A program made the translations under genes and the position numbers. A model generated the notes under the pieces. The model searched no databases, was not told the DNA's origin, and saw only the letters and a list, made by a program, of their open reading frames with translations. A stretch of DNA of 64,000 nucleotides. Source: an uncultured delta proteobacterium (GTDB taxonomy: Bacteria; Desulfobacterota; Desulfobaccia; Desulfobaccales; 0-14-0-80-60-11). Positions within the stretch are counted from its first letter, which is position 1, and every line of letters begins with the position of its first letter. The stretch is from NCBI GenBank assembly GCA_963812015.1, contig CAWETI010000003.1, forward strand, positions 1,984,001-2,048,000, given 5' to 3'. Shown piece by piece: positions 49,408 through 59,663 of the stretch.

Positions 49408-50212
49408 CGGATATCAGGATCAGTAATATCGAGGCCACCACCGAGGTTTTGGTGGCTTGGCCCACGCCAAAGGTCCCATGTTGGGTGTTATAACCATGAA
49501 AGCAAGACACCGTACCGATGATGATCCCAAAGATGGCGGTCTTGCCGATGCCCGGCAGTACATCCCTCAAGGTCAGATACTTGATGGTCAGGGTATAATA
49601 GTAGGTGGGGGTCATGCCCACCTGGGTTACGCCGATGATCATGCCTCCCAGGATGCCGATGAGATCGGCGGCCGTGGTCAGCAGGGGCATGACCAGCATG
49701 CAGGCCAGAATCCGGGTGACCACCAGGTATTTCATGGGGTTGATTGCGGAGACGGTGAGGGCGTCGATCTGGTGGGTGACCCGCATGGAACCCAGTTCCG
49801 CGCCCATTCCGGATCCCCCGCGAGATGCCAGCATTAAGCCGGCGAGCAAGGGGCCCAAGCCGCGCACAAAGGTGAAGGCCACGCTGGTGGCAATGTAATT
49901 GGCTGCGCCAAACAATTTCAAGACATTGAGGCCCTGCATGGCCAGAACCAGGCCCAGCGCAAAGGAGGCCACGGCTACCAGGGAGAAGGATTTCACCCCC
50001 AGGTGGTACATCTGGGCGATGACCTCCCGGACAAACCAGGGCGGGTAGACCAGGCTGCGGCAGCCGTCCAGGAAAAAGAGGAACAACTCCCCCATGTAAT
50101 CGATGAAAGCCAGCGTTTGATGGCCGGCCCGATAAAAAAAGCCCTCTTTCACCAGCCTCACCCCACGAGAACCTGACCAACGGGCAAGAGACGTGCGGGG
50201 CAACCTGACCAC
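49367..50212 (-). CDS. mlaE: MlaE-like ABC permease
   Basis: AELGSMRVTHQIDAL, GVGQATKTSVV; start uncertain. Confidence 0.9.
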   Translation of the reverse strand: MVRLPRTSLARWSGSRGVRLVKEGFFYRAGHQTLAFIDYMGELFLFFLDGCRSLVYPPWFVREVIAQMYHLGVKSFSLVAVASFALGLVLAMQGLNVLKLFGAANYIATSVAFTFVRGLGPLLAGLMLASRGGSGMGAELGSMRVTHQIDALTVSAINPMKYLVVTRILACMLVMPLLTTAADLIGILGGMIIGVTQVGMTPTYYYTLTIKYLTLRDVLPGIGKTAIFGIIIGTVSCFHGYNTQHGTFGVGQATKTSVVASILLILISDVFLTKLTLLLWP

Positions 50213-50415
50213 TCATGCCGCGCCTTTGCTTCCAACTGGCTAAAACTACCTAAAAAACAGGCTTGTGTCAAGGAGAAAGCCCGGGGCCGGCCCGATAACC
50301 GTCCCCTTCCCAGTAGCGGCAGGATGAATCACATTTTCGTAGCTAATTGTTATCATTTTGTTGCTAAATCTACGAAAATGGAATATACAATAGCGATTCA
50401 GCGAGAGGCGGCCCA

Positions 50416-51948
50416 TTGGCCGATAACGAGCCACCTATGAATGACCTTAACCTGCTCTACGAGATCACCGAAACCCTGGGGGCCATGGGCCCCCTGCCCC
50501 GGAGCCTGCAACGGGTACTCCAGATCCTGGCCCAGTCCATGGGGATGCGCCGGGGCACCGTCACCATCCTCAACCCCGAGACCTCGGAATTGCAAATCGA
50601 GGTGGCCCACGGCCTCACTGCCGAAGCCCGACGCCGGGGGCGCTACAAGCTGGGGGAAGGCATCACCGGCCGGGTGGTGGAGACCGGCGAGCCCGCGGTG
50701 GTCCCCCGGGTGAGCCAGGAGCCCTTGTTTTTAAACCGGACCCGCTCCCGGGGCAGCCGGGAGAAAGAAGAACTCTCTTTTTTGTGCGTGCCCATCAAGA
50801 TCAACTACAAGACTATCGGCGCCCTCTCCGTGGACAAGCTCCATCGGGACCTGGACCTGGACCGGGACCTCCGGCTGCTGACCATCATCGCCTCCATCAT
50901 CGCCCAGACGGTCAACAACCTGCTGCTCATCGACCGGGAAAAGGAACGCCTCCAGAATGAAAACCTGCAGCTCAAAGGCGAACTGCAGGAACGTTACCAG
51001 ATGGGCAATATCATCGGTACCTCCGGCCGCATGCGTCAGGTGTTCGAAATGATCGGACGGGTGGCCAAGAGCAACGCCACCATCCTGATCCGGGGCGAAT
51101 CCGGCACCGGCAAGGAGATGGTGGCCTCGGCCCTCCATTACAACAGTCTGAGGGCTGAGAGGCCTTTCATTAAGGTAAACCTGGCCGCTCTGCCGGAAAC
51201 CCTGGTGGAGAGCGAGTTGTTTGGGCACGAACGGGGCGCCTTTACCGGGGCCATGCAGCGCAAGCAAGGACGCTTCGAGCTGGCCCAGGGCGGCACGATT
51301 TTTCTCGATGAAATCGGCGACTTGAGCCTCAATGTGCAACTCAAACTCCTGCGGGTCATCCAGGAGCGGGAGTTCACCCGCCTGGGCGGCACGGCCACCT
51401 TGAAGGCCGATATCCGCCTGTTGGCCGCCACGCACCGGGACCTGGAACAGGCCGTGGCCAATGGCGTCTTCCGGGAAGACCTTTACTACCGCCTCAATGT
51501 CTTTCCCATCTACCTGCCCCCCCTCCGGGAGCGTATGGCCGACATCCCGGCCCTGTCGGAGCACTTCCTGAAAAAGTACGCCGAGGAGCACGGCAAGCCG
51601 GTGAAGCGCCTGTCGGCCCCGGCCCTGGACCTCTTCATGCAATACCCCTGGCCCGGCAACGTCCGGGAACTGGAAAATATCATCGAACGGGCGGTGCTGG
51701 TGTGCGACGAGGACACCATCCTCAGCGTCCATTTACCCCCCACCCTGCAGCGCCAGGAGCCGGGGGGCGACCGCCGGGGCCTGGCCGCCCAGATAGAACA
51801 TCTGGAGCGGGAACTCATCACCGAGGCCCTGCGCCAGACCCGGGGCAACCAGAGCCAGGCGTCCCAAATCCTGGACACCAGCCTCCGCATTCTGGGTTAC
51901 AAGATCAAGCAGTACGGCATCGAAGCCAAACGGTTCCGGGTGACTTAA
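50416..51948 (+). CDS. NifA-like GAF-AAA+-HTH sigma54 activator
   Basis: GAF with GEGITGRV/PLFLNRT/SFLCVPI, GESGTGKE, GAFTGA; start 50416 or 50437. Confidence 0.9.
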   Translation: MADNEPPMNDLNLLYEITETLGAMGPLPRSLQRVLQILAQSMGMRRGTVTILNPETSELQIEVAHGLTAEARRRGRYKLGEGITGRVVETGEPAVVPRVSQEPLFLNRTRSRGSREKEELSFLCVPIKINYKTIGALSVDKLHRDLDLDRDLRLLTIIASIIAQTVNNLLLIDREKERLQNENLQLKGELQERYQMGNIIGTSGRMRQVFEMIGRVAKSNATILIRGESGTGKEMVASALHYNSLRAERPFIKVNLAALPETLVESELFGHERGAFTGAMQRKQGRFELAQGGTIFLDEIGDLSLNVQLKLLRVIQEREFTRLGGTATLKADIRLLAATHRDLEQAVANGVFREDLYYRLNVFPIYLPPLRERMADIPALSEHFLKKYAEEHGKPVKRLSAPALDLFMQYPWPGNVRELENIIERAVLVCDEDTILSVHLPPTLQRQEPGGDRRGLAAQIEHLERELITEALRQTRGNQSQASQILDTSLRILGYKIKQYGIEAKRFRVT

Positions 51949-52222
51949 GGCCGGGAGCGGACCATGTTGGTTCCCGGGGGGGATCGCCCCCGGCAGTTCC
52001 GCCTGGGAAAAGTCCCCTCCGCGCCGAATTTCCCCTGAGCTATCGCCCTCAAGCTTAAGCCTAACCCGGGGAGCGCCTAGCGTACCGGCCCCCCGGCCTC
52101 AACCGCCATCTCCTCCCCGGGGTCTCCAACTGGACCCGCCACCCCCCAGACAAAAACTTCGCTTAATCACTGCTAATCTTACGGAGCTGGCGTTTTGCCG
52201 TCCCTGATTCGGGCGGCACTTA

Positions 52223-52267
52223 TACAAACTTGTCGGGGGTTTTTTCGCCAAAACTACAATAATGTAA
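52223..52267. promoter_or_regulatory. Two TACA-N4-TGT candidate activator sites upstream of glnA
   Basis: TACAAACTTGTC and CTACAATAATGTAA. Confidence 0.5.
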
Positions 52268-52310
52268 ACATCAGGTTAGTTAACTTTTTGATTTTCCTCA
52301 AAAAACACTC

Positions 52311-52326
52311 TGGTATAATAGTTGCT
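52311..52326 (+). promoter_or_regulatory. Sigma54 promoter of glnA
   Basis: TGGTATAATAGTTGCT, GG/GC offset 12. Confidence 0.65.
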
Positions 52327-52362
52327 ATGAATTAATAAAATTTTCTGTTCAGGAGGAATACC

Positions 52363-53700
52363 GTGCACTGCCAAACCTGCCAAACCGCAGAGGATGTTTT
52401 CCGCATTGTCCGGGATAAAGAAGTCAGTTTTATCCAGATTTGGTTCACCGACATCCTGGGAGTGTTGAAAAGTTTTTCCATTCGCCCTTCCGAACTGGAA
52501 GAGGCCATGACTGAGGGGATGGGATTTGACGGGTCCTCCATTGAGGGATTTGCCCGCATTCAAGAAAGCGACATGATCGCCAAGCCCGACCCCACCACCT
52601 TCCAGATCCTGCCCTGGCGCCCCGAGGAGAAACCCGTGGCCCGGATGTTCTGCGACATCCTACAGCCCGACGGCTCCCCCTACCCGGGCGACCCGCGTTA
52701 TGCCCTGAAGCGCATGCTGGCCAAGGCCGCGGAGAAAGGCTACACCAGTTATCTGGGACCGGAACTGGAATTCTTCTATTTCGCCGACAACACCAGCACC
52801 GAAGTCCTGGACCAGGGCGGCTATTTTGATGCCCCACCCCTGGACATGGCCAACGACCTGAGACGCCACACCATCTTCGGCCTGGAGAGCATGGGCGTGC
52901 GCATCGAGTATAGCCACCATGAAGTGGCGGCCTCCCAGCACGAAATCGACATGCGCTACGACGAAGCCATGCGTATGGCCGACAAGACCATGACCTTGAA
53001 GGCCACGGTAAAGGCCATCGCCATGGTCAACGGGGTCTATGCCACCTTTATGCCCAAGCCCATCTTCGGCATCAATGGCAGCGGCATGCACACCCACCAG
53101 TCCCTGTTCCTGGGCAACAAGAATGCTTTCCACGACGCCAATGACCAATACAACCTGTCGGCCACCGGCAAGAGCTACATCGCCGGCCTGCTGAAACATG
53201 CCCGGGAGATCACCGGCATCTGCAGCCAGTGGGTCAACTCCTACAAGCGGTTGGTGCCCGGTTACGAAGCCCCGGTGTATGTCGCCTGGTCCCGGCGGAA
53301 CCGTTCCGCCCTGGTGCGGGTGCCCATGTACAAGCCCGGCAAAGAAGCCGCCACCCGTTGCGAGTACCGCGCCCCCGATCCGGCCTGCAACCCCTACCTG
53401 GCCTTCACGGTGATGCTGGCCGCCGGACTCAAGGGCATCGAGAATAATTATGTGCTGCCCGAGCCGGTGGAAGTGGACATTTACCATCTGTCCCAAGCCG
53501 AACGCCAGAAGCTGAAGATCCAGGAGTTGCCCGGCAGCCTCATCGAAGCCGTCAACGAAGTGGAAAAGAGCGCCGTGGTCAAAGAAGCCCTGGGCGACCA
53601 TATCTTCAACAAGTTCATAGAAAACAAAAAGATCGAGTGGGACGCTTTCCGGATGCACGTGAGCGACTTCGAGATCGAGCGTTATCTGCCGATTATGTAA
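52363..53700 (+). CDS. glnA: Glutamine synthetase type I
   Basis: FDGSSIEGF, HHEVA, ATFMPKP, NGSGMHTH, NSYKRLVPGYEAP. Confidence 0.97.
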   Translation: MHCQTCQTAEDVFRIVRDKEVSFIQIWFTDILGVLKSFSIRPSELEEAMTEGMGFDGSSIEGFARIQESDMIAKPDPTTFQILPWRPEEKPVARMFCDILQPDGSPYPGDPRYALKRMLAKAAEKGYTSYLGPELEFFYFADNTSTEVLDQGGYFDAPPLDMANDLRRHTIFGLESMGVRIEYSHHEVAASQHEIDMRYDEAMRMADKTMTLKATVKAIAMVNGVYATFMPKPIFGINGSGMHTHQSLFLGNKNAFHDANDQYNLSATGKSYIAGLLKHAREITGICSQWVNSYKRLVPGYEAPVYVAWSRRNRSALVRVPMYKPGKEAATRCEYRAPDPACNPYLAFTVMLAAGLKGIENNYVLPEPVEVDIYHLSQAERQKLKIQELPGSLIEAVNEVEKSAVVKEALGDHIFNKFIENKKIEWDAFRMHVSDFEIERYLPIM

Positions 53701-53712
53701 CCGTCGCTTCAT

Positions 53713-54198
53713 TGCCCGGCGACACTACAGATCGATAGATTAATCCAGTAGGCTGCGAGGAGGGTTTCCTCCTCCAGCCTACTTGTGCGCCCAGACGATT
53801 TTGCTACATTCTTGTAGTTTTATGGCATCAGATAACATATTTGCAGTTTGCGGGAGGAATGGCATGAGGGGGCTTTTAACTCTGGCGGCATCGCCCGGCG
53901 GTCGGCGGGCCGCACGTTGGTCCTGTTGATGACCCCGCCCCTGACCTTTCTTCTCTGGCCGGCAACACGAGCAATCGCTAACCTCATCCACTAGGCGATG
54001 GGAGGTTTCCTTCTTCCAGCCCACTGGCGCGCCTAAACGCTTTTATTACAAACCTGTGGTTTTGTAACATCCGATAACAAATTTGGAGTTTGAAGGAGGA
54101 ATGACATGGGGGGGGCTCTTAACTCTGGCGACACCGCCTGGCTGTTGGTGTGCTGCTCGTTGGTCCTGATGATGACCCCGGCCCTGGCCCTCTTTTAC
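53713..54198 (+). repeat. Diverged 243-bp tandem duplication covering the amtB upstream region and first ~31 codons
   Basis: 53713-53955 aligns colinearly with 53956-54198; the first copy is frameshifted. Confidence 0.8.
53747..53784 (+). terminator. Hairpin after glnA
   Basis: AGTAGGCTGCGAGGAGG-GTTT-CCTCCTCCAGCCTACT. Confidence 0.55.
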
Positions 54199-55332
54199 GG
54201 AGGGATGGTGCGCCGGAAAAACCTGCTGTCCACCTTGACCCTGAGCTACATCTTTATGGCCCTGGCCGGAGTCCAGTGGGTCCTGTACGGCTACTCCCTG
54301 GCCTTCGGGACCGATATCGGGGGCTTGATCGGGGGGCTCAACTTTTTAGGGCTGCACGGCGTTGGGGCCCTGCCCAACCCTGATTATGCCAAAACCATCC
54401 CCCAGGGACTCTTCGCCGCCTTCCAGATGATGTTCGCGGTGATCACCCCGGCCCTGATCACCGGCGCCTTTGTGGAACGGGTGCGCTTCAAGTCCTTTTT
54501 GCTCTTCAGCCTGATCTGGATGACCCTGGTGTATGACCCCCTGGCCCACTGGGTCTGGGGCAAGGGCGGCTGGCTGGGCGCCCTGGGCGTCCTGGATTTC
54601 GCCGGCGGCACCGTGGTGCACATCGCCGCGGGCTACTCGGCCCTGGCGTTTGCCATGGTCATCGGCCCCCGGAAGGGTTTCGGCAAGATCCCCATGGAAC
54701 CCCACAATATCGCCTACACCGTTTTAGGAGCCGGGCTCCTGTGGGTGGGGTGGTTCGGGTTTAACGCCGGCAGCGCCCTGGCGGCCAACGGCGTGGCGGT
54801 CAACGCCCTCCTCACCACCAACACCTCCGCCGCGACCGCGGCCCTGGTGTGGATGGTGCTCAGCTGGCTGGATGGCCGCCCCAGCACCTTGGGTATAGCC
54901 ACCGGCATGGTGGTGGGCCTGGCGGCGGTGACCCCGGCGGCGGGTTTCGTTTCCCCCATGGCGGCCTGCTTCATCGGCGCCGTGGCCGCTCCCATCTGCT
55001 ATTATGCTATCCGGTTCCGGCAAAACCGCAACCTGGATGAGTCTATGGACGTCTGGGCCTGCCACGGCATGGCCAGCACCTGGGGCATGATCGCCACCGG
55101 GCTGTTTGCCACGGTGGAACTGAATAGCGCCGGGGCCAACGGCCTGTTCTACGGCAATCCCAAGCAACTGGGGCTCCAGTTCCTGGCGGTGGTGGTCACC
55201 ATGGCCTTCACCTTCGTGGTCACTTACGTGGTGGCCAAAGTGCTGGACATGAGTATCGGTCTGCGGGTCACCACCATGGAAGAAGAGGTGGGTCTGGACA
55301 TCAGCGCCCACGGTGAGAGATCGTACTCTTGA
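54106..55332 (+). CDS. amtB: Ammonium transporter
   Basis: LALFYGGMVR, DFAGGTVVH, WVGWFGFNAGS. Confidence 0.96.
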   Translation: MGGALNSGDTAWLLVCCSLVLMMTPALALFYGGMVRRKNLLSTLTLSYIFMALAGVQWVLYGYSLAFGTDIGGLIGGLNFLGLHGVGALPNPDYAKTIPQGLFAAFQMMFAVITPALITGAFVERVRFKSFLLFSLIWMTLVYDPLAHWVWGKGGWLGALGVLDFAGGTVVHIAAGYSALAFAMVIGPRKGFGKIPMEPHNIAYTVLGAGLLWVGWFGFNAGSALAANGVAVNALLTTNTSAATAALVWMVLSWLDGRPSTLGIATGMVVGLAAVTPAAGFVSPMAACFIGAVAAPICYYAIRFRQNRNLDESMDVWACHGMASTWGMIATGLFATVELNSAGANGLFYGNPKQLGLQFLAVVVTMAFTFVVTYVVAKVLDMSIGLRVTTMEEEVGLDISAHGERSYS

Positions 55333-55337
55333 TTCAA

Positions 55338-55406
55338 CCGCCGATGAACGCGGCTAGACGCCGATCAAGATGAGTAAGACTCTCCATCGGCGTTTATCTG
55401 CGGCTA
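55338..55406. repeat. Imperfect palindromic intergenic repeat
   Basis: ACCGCCGATGAACGCGG...ACGCCGAT / ATCGGCGTTTATCTGCGGCT. Confidence 0.45.
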
Positions 55407-55419
55407 AGAGGTTTTTGCC

Positions 55420-55806
55420 ATGCTAAAGAAAATCGAAGCCATTATTCGGGAAGACAAGCTCAACGATGTCAAGGAGGCCCTCCGGGAGATCGGCATCGTC
55501 GGCCTGAACGTCTTTGAAATCCGCGGCCACGGCCGCCAGGGCGGCATCACCCTGGTGGGCCGCTCCGGCAGCTACCAGGTAGATATGCTCATCAAGATTC
55601 AGCTCAACATCATTCTGAGCGAGGATAACCTGGAAGAGACCATCGAGACCATCCTCGACGCCGCCTCCACCGGCGAAACCGGGGACGGGCTTATCTTTGT
55701 GTTCCCGGTGGAGGAGGCCATCCGCATCCGCACCCGGGAACGGGGCCACGAAGCGGTGATGTACCCCGGGGATATCGACGAGCGCAAGCATCGCGACAAG
55801 ACTTAG
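55420..55806 (+). CDS. glnK: P-II nitrogen regulatory protein (amtB-linked)
   Basis: KKIEAIIR, GHGRQGG, TGETGDGLIFV, IRIRTRERG; Tyr51-equivalent retained. Confidence 0.9.
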   Translation: MLKKIEAIIREDKLNDVKEALREIGIVGLNVFEIRGHGRQGGITLVGRSGSYQVDMLIKIQLNIILSEDNLEETIETILDAASTGETGDGLIFVFPVEEAIRIRTRERGHEAVMYPGDIDERKHRDKT

Positions 55807-55987
55807 GCCGCCGGGGGAATACCTGCAATTAATCACGGCGGGGATTCGCTTAATTTGTTGCAAGGAGCATAGTTGAATGACATAATATTTAATTTAGAAT
55901 AATTTTTGTTTAGAGGCTGGAGGGGCCCTTTCCCTGGCCTCACCAATCCAGGGCCGGCCCTGGCCGGCCTTTTGAGGCAGACCATCT

Positions 55988-56407
55988 ATGGCAACGGAAG
56001 TGGTAGTCTTCGCCTGTCAGCAAGCCGTTCCGAACCCGGATTTTCTGAGAACCCAGTGGGGCAAGGAGAATATCCGGCTCCAGGTCCTTCCCGAACCCTG
56101 CAGCAGCAAGATCGAGGCCTTTCAGTTGCTCCGGACCCTGGCTACCCCCGCGGACTTGGTGTGGGTCATCGGCTGCGCCGAAGACCTCTGCCGCTATAAC
56201 GAAGGCAGCCACCGCCTGGGGAACCGCATCGCCTACACCCAGCGCTACCTGGAAGAGGTCGGGATGGACCCCGCCCGGGTGGGGCGCTCGGTGGTGGTTC
56301 CCGGGGACGCCCCTGGTTTGGCCGCGGTGGTGGCCGAAATCAAGGCAAAAGCCGAGGCCCTGGGACCCAGCCCGCTAAAAATATCGGGGAAAAAGGTAAA
56401 AAATTAA
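55988..56407 (+). CDS. MvhD/FlpD-like iron-sulfur protein
   Basis: VFACQQA, PCSSKI, VIGCAEDLCRYNEGS, LEEVGMDPARV. Confidence 0.8.
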   Translation: MATEVVVFACQQAVPNPDFLRTQWGKENIRLQVLPEPCSSKIEAFQLLRTLATPADLVWVIGCAEDLCRYNEGSHRLGNRIAYTQRYLEEVGMDPARVGRSVVVPGDAPGLAAVVAEIKAKAEALGPSPLKISGKKVKN

Positions 56408-56516
56408 AACGGGGCAAGCCGGGGTAAAAGGCGAATGCCTGCTTTCCTCTTCGCCTTTTCCCCCTTTCGCCGTTTTCGCCGTTTTCGCCTTTAAGGAATT
56501 TAATTCGGAGGAAGTT

Positions 56517-57935
56517 TTGCCAGAAAAATATCACATTCCGGTGCGTCGGGTGCCGCCCCGCTTCTCGCCCCCGGCCAAGACCACCATCATCGATTGGAAT
56601 GAAGGCTGCTTGCGGTGCGAGCGTTGCGTCAAACAGATCTGCCCGGTGGACGCTTACAAGAAACGGGATTTCGACCGGCGGCAGTTCGTCGACACCATTG
56701 ACGAGATGTGCCGGAGCTGCTACCGGTGTGTCCAGGGCTGCCCCCGGGAACTGGTCTTCAAGGCCCTGAACCCCCAGTACCGCCGTTTAGGCGACGACTA
56801 CTACACGCCGGAGATCATCGGCACCACCTGGTACCAGGCGGAGACCGGCAAGATCCCGGTTTCCGGCGCCGGCTACGGCGGCGTGTTCGCCGGCGAGGGC
56901 TTCGACTCCCTGTGGACCGACATGTCGGAGATCGTTCGGCCCACCCGGGACGGCATTCACGGCCGGGAGTACATCAGCACCTCCATTGACCTGGGCCGCA
57001 AGCCCATGTTTCTGGTCTTTGATGATCAGGGAGGTCTCCTGTTCGAGTCGCCGCCCCTCCTGGAACTCCCCTTGCCGGTAATCCTGGCGGAGCCGCCGGT
57101 GGGGGCGGACCCTGAACGGCTGCGGCAGATTCTCGCCGCCACGGCCCAAACCCTGGGCACCGTGGCGATCATCGCCCGGGACCGCATCTCTGCCGACCTC
57201 CTGGACGCCGCGGCCTCTCTGGTGCCGCTGTTCCCGGCCGGCAACCTGGACCTGGATGACCCACTCCTGTCCAAGGTCAGGGCCCTGTCCCTCACGGACC
57301 ACCCCAAGGTCATCAGCCAGATGGAAGCCGTCAAAAAGCGCCATCCCCACCTGATCGTCTGGATCAGGGTGCCCGCCGACCACCGGGCCTCGGATCGGGT
57401 GGCGGCCCTGGCGGTGGCGGGGGCGGAAGTCATCCACCTGGCGGCCACCGAAAAGGCCCGGGGGCTGGGCGACGCCGCCGACCTCCATCTTAAAGATTTG
57501 ATCCGCCGCGCCCACCTGAAACTTGTGGAGCACCAGCTCAGGGACGCGGTCACCCTCCTGGCCAGCGGCGGCATCGCCCTGGCGGAACACGTGGCCAAGG
57601 CCATCATCTGCGGGGCTGACGGCATCATCGCCGACATCCCTCTGCTCCTGTCCCTGGAGTGCCGCCTCTGCCGGGATTGCCAGAGCGGCGAGAAAAACCC
57701 CTGCCCCATTGAGCTGGAAAACCTCAACGTCAAGCGGGGGTCTCAGCGCATGGTGAACCTGGTGGGGGCCTGGAACAACCAGCTCTTGGAGATCCTGGGC
57801 GCCATGGGCATGCGGGAGGTGCGGCGTCTGAGGGGCGAAGTAGGCCGGGCCATGTTCAAGGAAGACCTGGATAAGGAGATCTTTGCGCCCCTGTTTGCCC
57901 GCCCCGAAGGAGAGACCCGGCGGGTAGGGGAATGA
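56517..57935 (+). CDS. Glutamate synthase-related protein (ferredoxin plus degenerate FMN-binding domain)
   Basis: Two CxxCxxC clusters, DMSEIVRPTRDGIHGRE, ASGGI..A.HVAKAI, CRLCRDC; TTG start. Confidence 0.8.
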   Translation: MPEKYHIPVRRVPPRFSPPAKTTIIDWNEGCLRCERCVKQICPVDAYKKRDFDRRQFVDTIDEMCRSCYRCVQGCPRELVFKALNPQYRRLGDDYYTPEIIGTTWYQAETGKIPVSGAGYGGVFAGEGFDSLWTDMSEIVRPTRDGIHGREYISTSIDLGRKPMFLVFDDQGGLLFESPPLLELPLPVILAEPPVGADPERLRQILAATAQTLGTVAIIARDRISADLLDAAASLVPLFPAGNLDLDDPLLSKVRALSLTDHPKVISQMEAVKKRHPHLIVWIRVPADHRASDRVAALAVAGAEVIHLAATEKARGLGDAADLHLKDLIRRAHLKLVEHQLRDAVTLLASGGIALAEHVAKAIICGADGIIADIPLLLSLECRLCRDCQSGEKNPCPIELENLNVKRGSQRMVNLVGAWNNQLLEILGAMGMREVRRLRGEVGRAMFKEDLDKEIFAPLFARPEGETRRVGE

Positions 57936-57972
57936 AGAGATTGACTCATAATTGCGAGGTGAAATTTAGGAT

Positions 57973-58048
57973 AAAATCCCCCTAAATCCCCCTTTAAGCA
58001 AGGTGGACTTTGAGCAACTCCCTCCTTTGCTAAAGGGGGGGGATTTTT
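57973..58048. repeat. CCCCCT/AAAGGGGG palindromic intergenic repeat
   Basis: AAAATCCCCCTAAATCCCCCTTTAAGCAAGG...CCTTTGCTAAAGGGGGGGATTTT. Confidence 0.5.
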
Positions 58049-58100
58049 CGACTTCCCTGAATAATGGTTAGGGAAATATTAGCTTAGGATTGATTTCGAT

Positions 58101-59654
58101 ATGGCACAACCAAAGAAAGTAATTTCCATCGAGTCCTGGGCCCCGGGCCAACCCTGGGAGCCTGTCCTCACCCCGTCCCGATTTAAGAATGCTTTGAGCA
58201 AGCACCGGGTCTATCGCGACGAAGGCAAGTGCATCAAGTGCGGCCGCTGCGTCGAGGTCTGCCCCTATGGGGTCCACGCCAAGGCCGGGAATTACCTGCG
58301 CCGCCCCAAGAGCTACCGGTGCCTGGGCACGGTTTGCCAGAACAACGATTTTTACTGTGTCAAACAGTGCCCGGTCCAGGCCCTCCGGGTCAGCATCCAC
58401 CCGGTTTACAGCACGTTGGGCGACAGCCGCTGGACCCCGGACCTGCTCTTGAGCAACTGGTGGCAGGCGGAAACCGGCGCCCTGTCCTACATCGACCTGG
58501 ACTACCGGCTGGGTGGCTCCGGCGGCGGCTTCGATAAGCTGCGCTTCCTGTTTCCCAAGGCCCGGCCCGACTTCCAGTTGAGCCACGCCGACATCTCCCT
58601 GGATGTGGAAATCAACCGCCGGGGGGACGGCCGGCCTCAGATCAAGCTGTCGGTGCCCTGGTACGGCGGCGGCATGTCCTTCGGGTCGGTTTCCATCAAC
58701 ACCATCCTGTCCCGGATCCGGGCCGCGGTCCGCTTCAACACCATGGTGAGCACCGGGGAAGGCGGCTACCCTGAGGCGCTTTACCCCTATGACCATAACA
58801 TGGTCACCCAGGTGGCCACCGGACTCTTCGGGGTCCGGGAGGAAACCATCCAGCGGGTGCGGATGGTGGAATTCAAATATGCCCAGGGAGCCAAACCCGG
58901 CCTGGGCGGCCACCTCCTGGGGGACAAAGTCACTCCCTCGGTGGCCCGCATGCGGGAATCGGTGCCGGGCAGCGCCCTGTTTTCGCCCTTCCCCTTCCAC
59001 AGCGTCTACTCGGTGGAAGACCACAAGAAGCACATCGACTGGATCAAGGAGATCAATCCCAGGGCCCTGGTGTCCGTGAAGGTCTCCACCCCCACCGACG
59101 TGGATATGGTGGCCGTGGGCAGCTACTACGCCGGCGCCCACGTGGTGCAGTTGGACGGCAGCTACGGCGGCACCGGCGCCGCCCCGGACATCGCCAAGAA
59201 GAACATCGCCATGCCGGTGGAGTATGCCATTCCCAAGGTGCATCAGTTCCTCCGGGCCGAAGGCATCCGAGAACACGTCACCCTGGTCGCCTCCGGCGGT
59301 ATCCGTAACGCCTACGACATCGCCAAGGCCATCGCCCTGGGGGCTGACGCGGTCCAGATTGGCACCGCCGACCTGGTGGCCCTGGAATGCCTGCGCTGCC
59401 ACAACTGCGAGAGCGGCCGGGGCTGCGCCCGGGGCATCGCCACCACTGATGCGGAACTGGTGGACCTGATGACCGTCCAGTGGGGGGCCGATCGCATCAG
59501 CAACCTGTACTATGCCTGGAGCTGGCAATTGAAGGAAATCCTGCGCCGCCTGGGCCTCAGAAGCATCCGGGAGCTGGTGGGCCGCACCGACACTTTGGCC
59601 CACCTGGACTACTTCGACCGCCCGGTGGACGACGATTTGCGGCGGGGGGCGTAG
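58101..59654 (+). CDS. Glutamate synthase FMN-binding subunit with N-terminal ferredoxin (archaeal GltB2-type)
   Basis: GMSFGS, TGEGG, QGAKPGLGGHL, DGSYGGTGAAP, CLRCHNCESGRGCARGIAT. Confidence 0.9.
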   Translation: MAQPKKVISIESWAPGQPWEPVLTPSRFKNALSKHRVYRDEGKCIKCGRCVEVCPYGVHAKAGNYLRRPKSYRCLGTVCQNNDFYCVKQCPVQALRVSIHPVYSTLGDSRWTPDLLLSNWWQAETGALSYIDLDYRLGGSGGGFDKLRFLFPKARPDFQLSHADISLDVEINRRGDGRPQIKLSVPWYGGGMSFGSVSINTILSRIRAAVRFNTMVSTGEGGYPEALYPYDHNMVTQVATGLFGVREETIQRVRMVEFKYAQGAKPGLGGHLLGDKVTPSVARMRESVPGSALFSPFPFHSVYSVEDHKKHIDWIKEINPRALVSVKVSTPTDVDMVAVGSYYAGAHVVQLDGSYGGTGAAPDIAKKNIAMPVEYAIPKVHQFLRAEGIREHVTLVASGGIRNAYDIAKAIALGADAVQIGTADLVALECLRCHNCESGRGCARGIATTDAELVDLMTVQWGADRISNLYYAWSWQLKEILRRLGLRSIRELVGRTDTLAHLDYFDRPVDDDLRRGA

Positions 59655-59663
59655 TAACGCGGC

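Noticed and set aside
53820..53875. Sigma54 promoter for amtB (TGGCATCAG... or TGGCATGAGGGGGCT)
   Set aside because: The -12 GC is absent or at an 11-nt rather than 12-nt offset
53713..54198. Diversity-generating retroelement TR/VR pair
   Set aside because: No reverse transcriptase in the window, mismatches also hit C/A/G and include indels, and the target would be a 5' membrane segment
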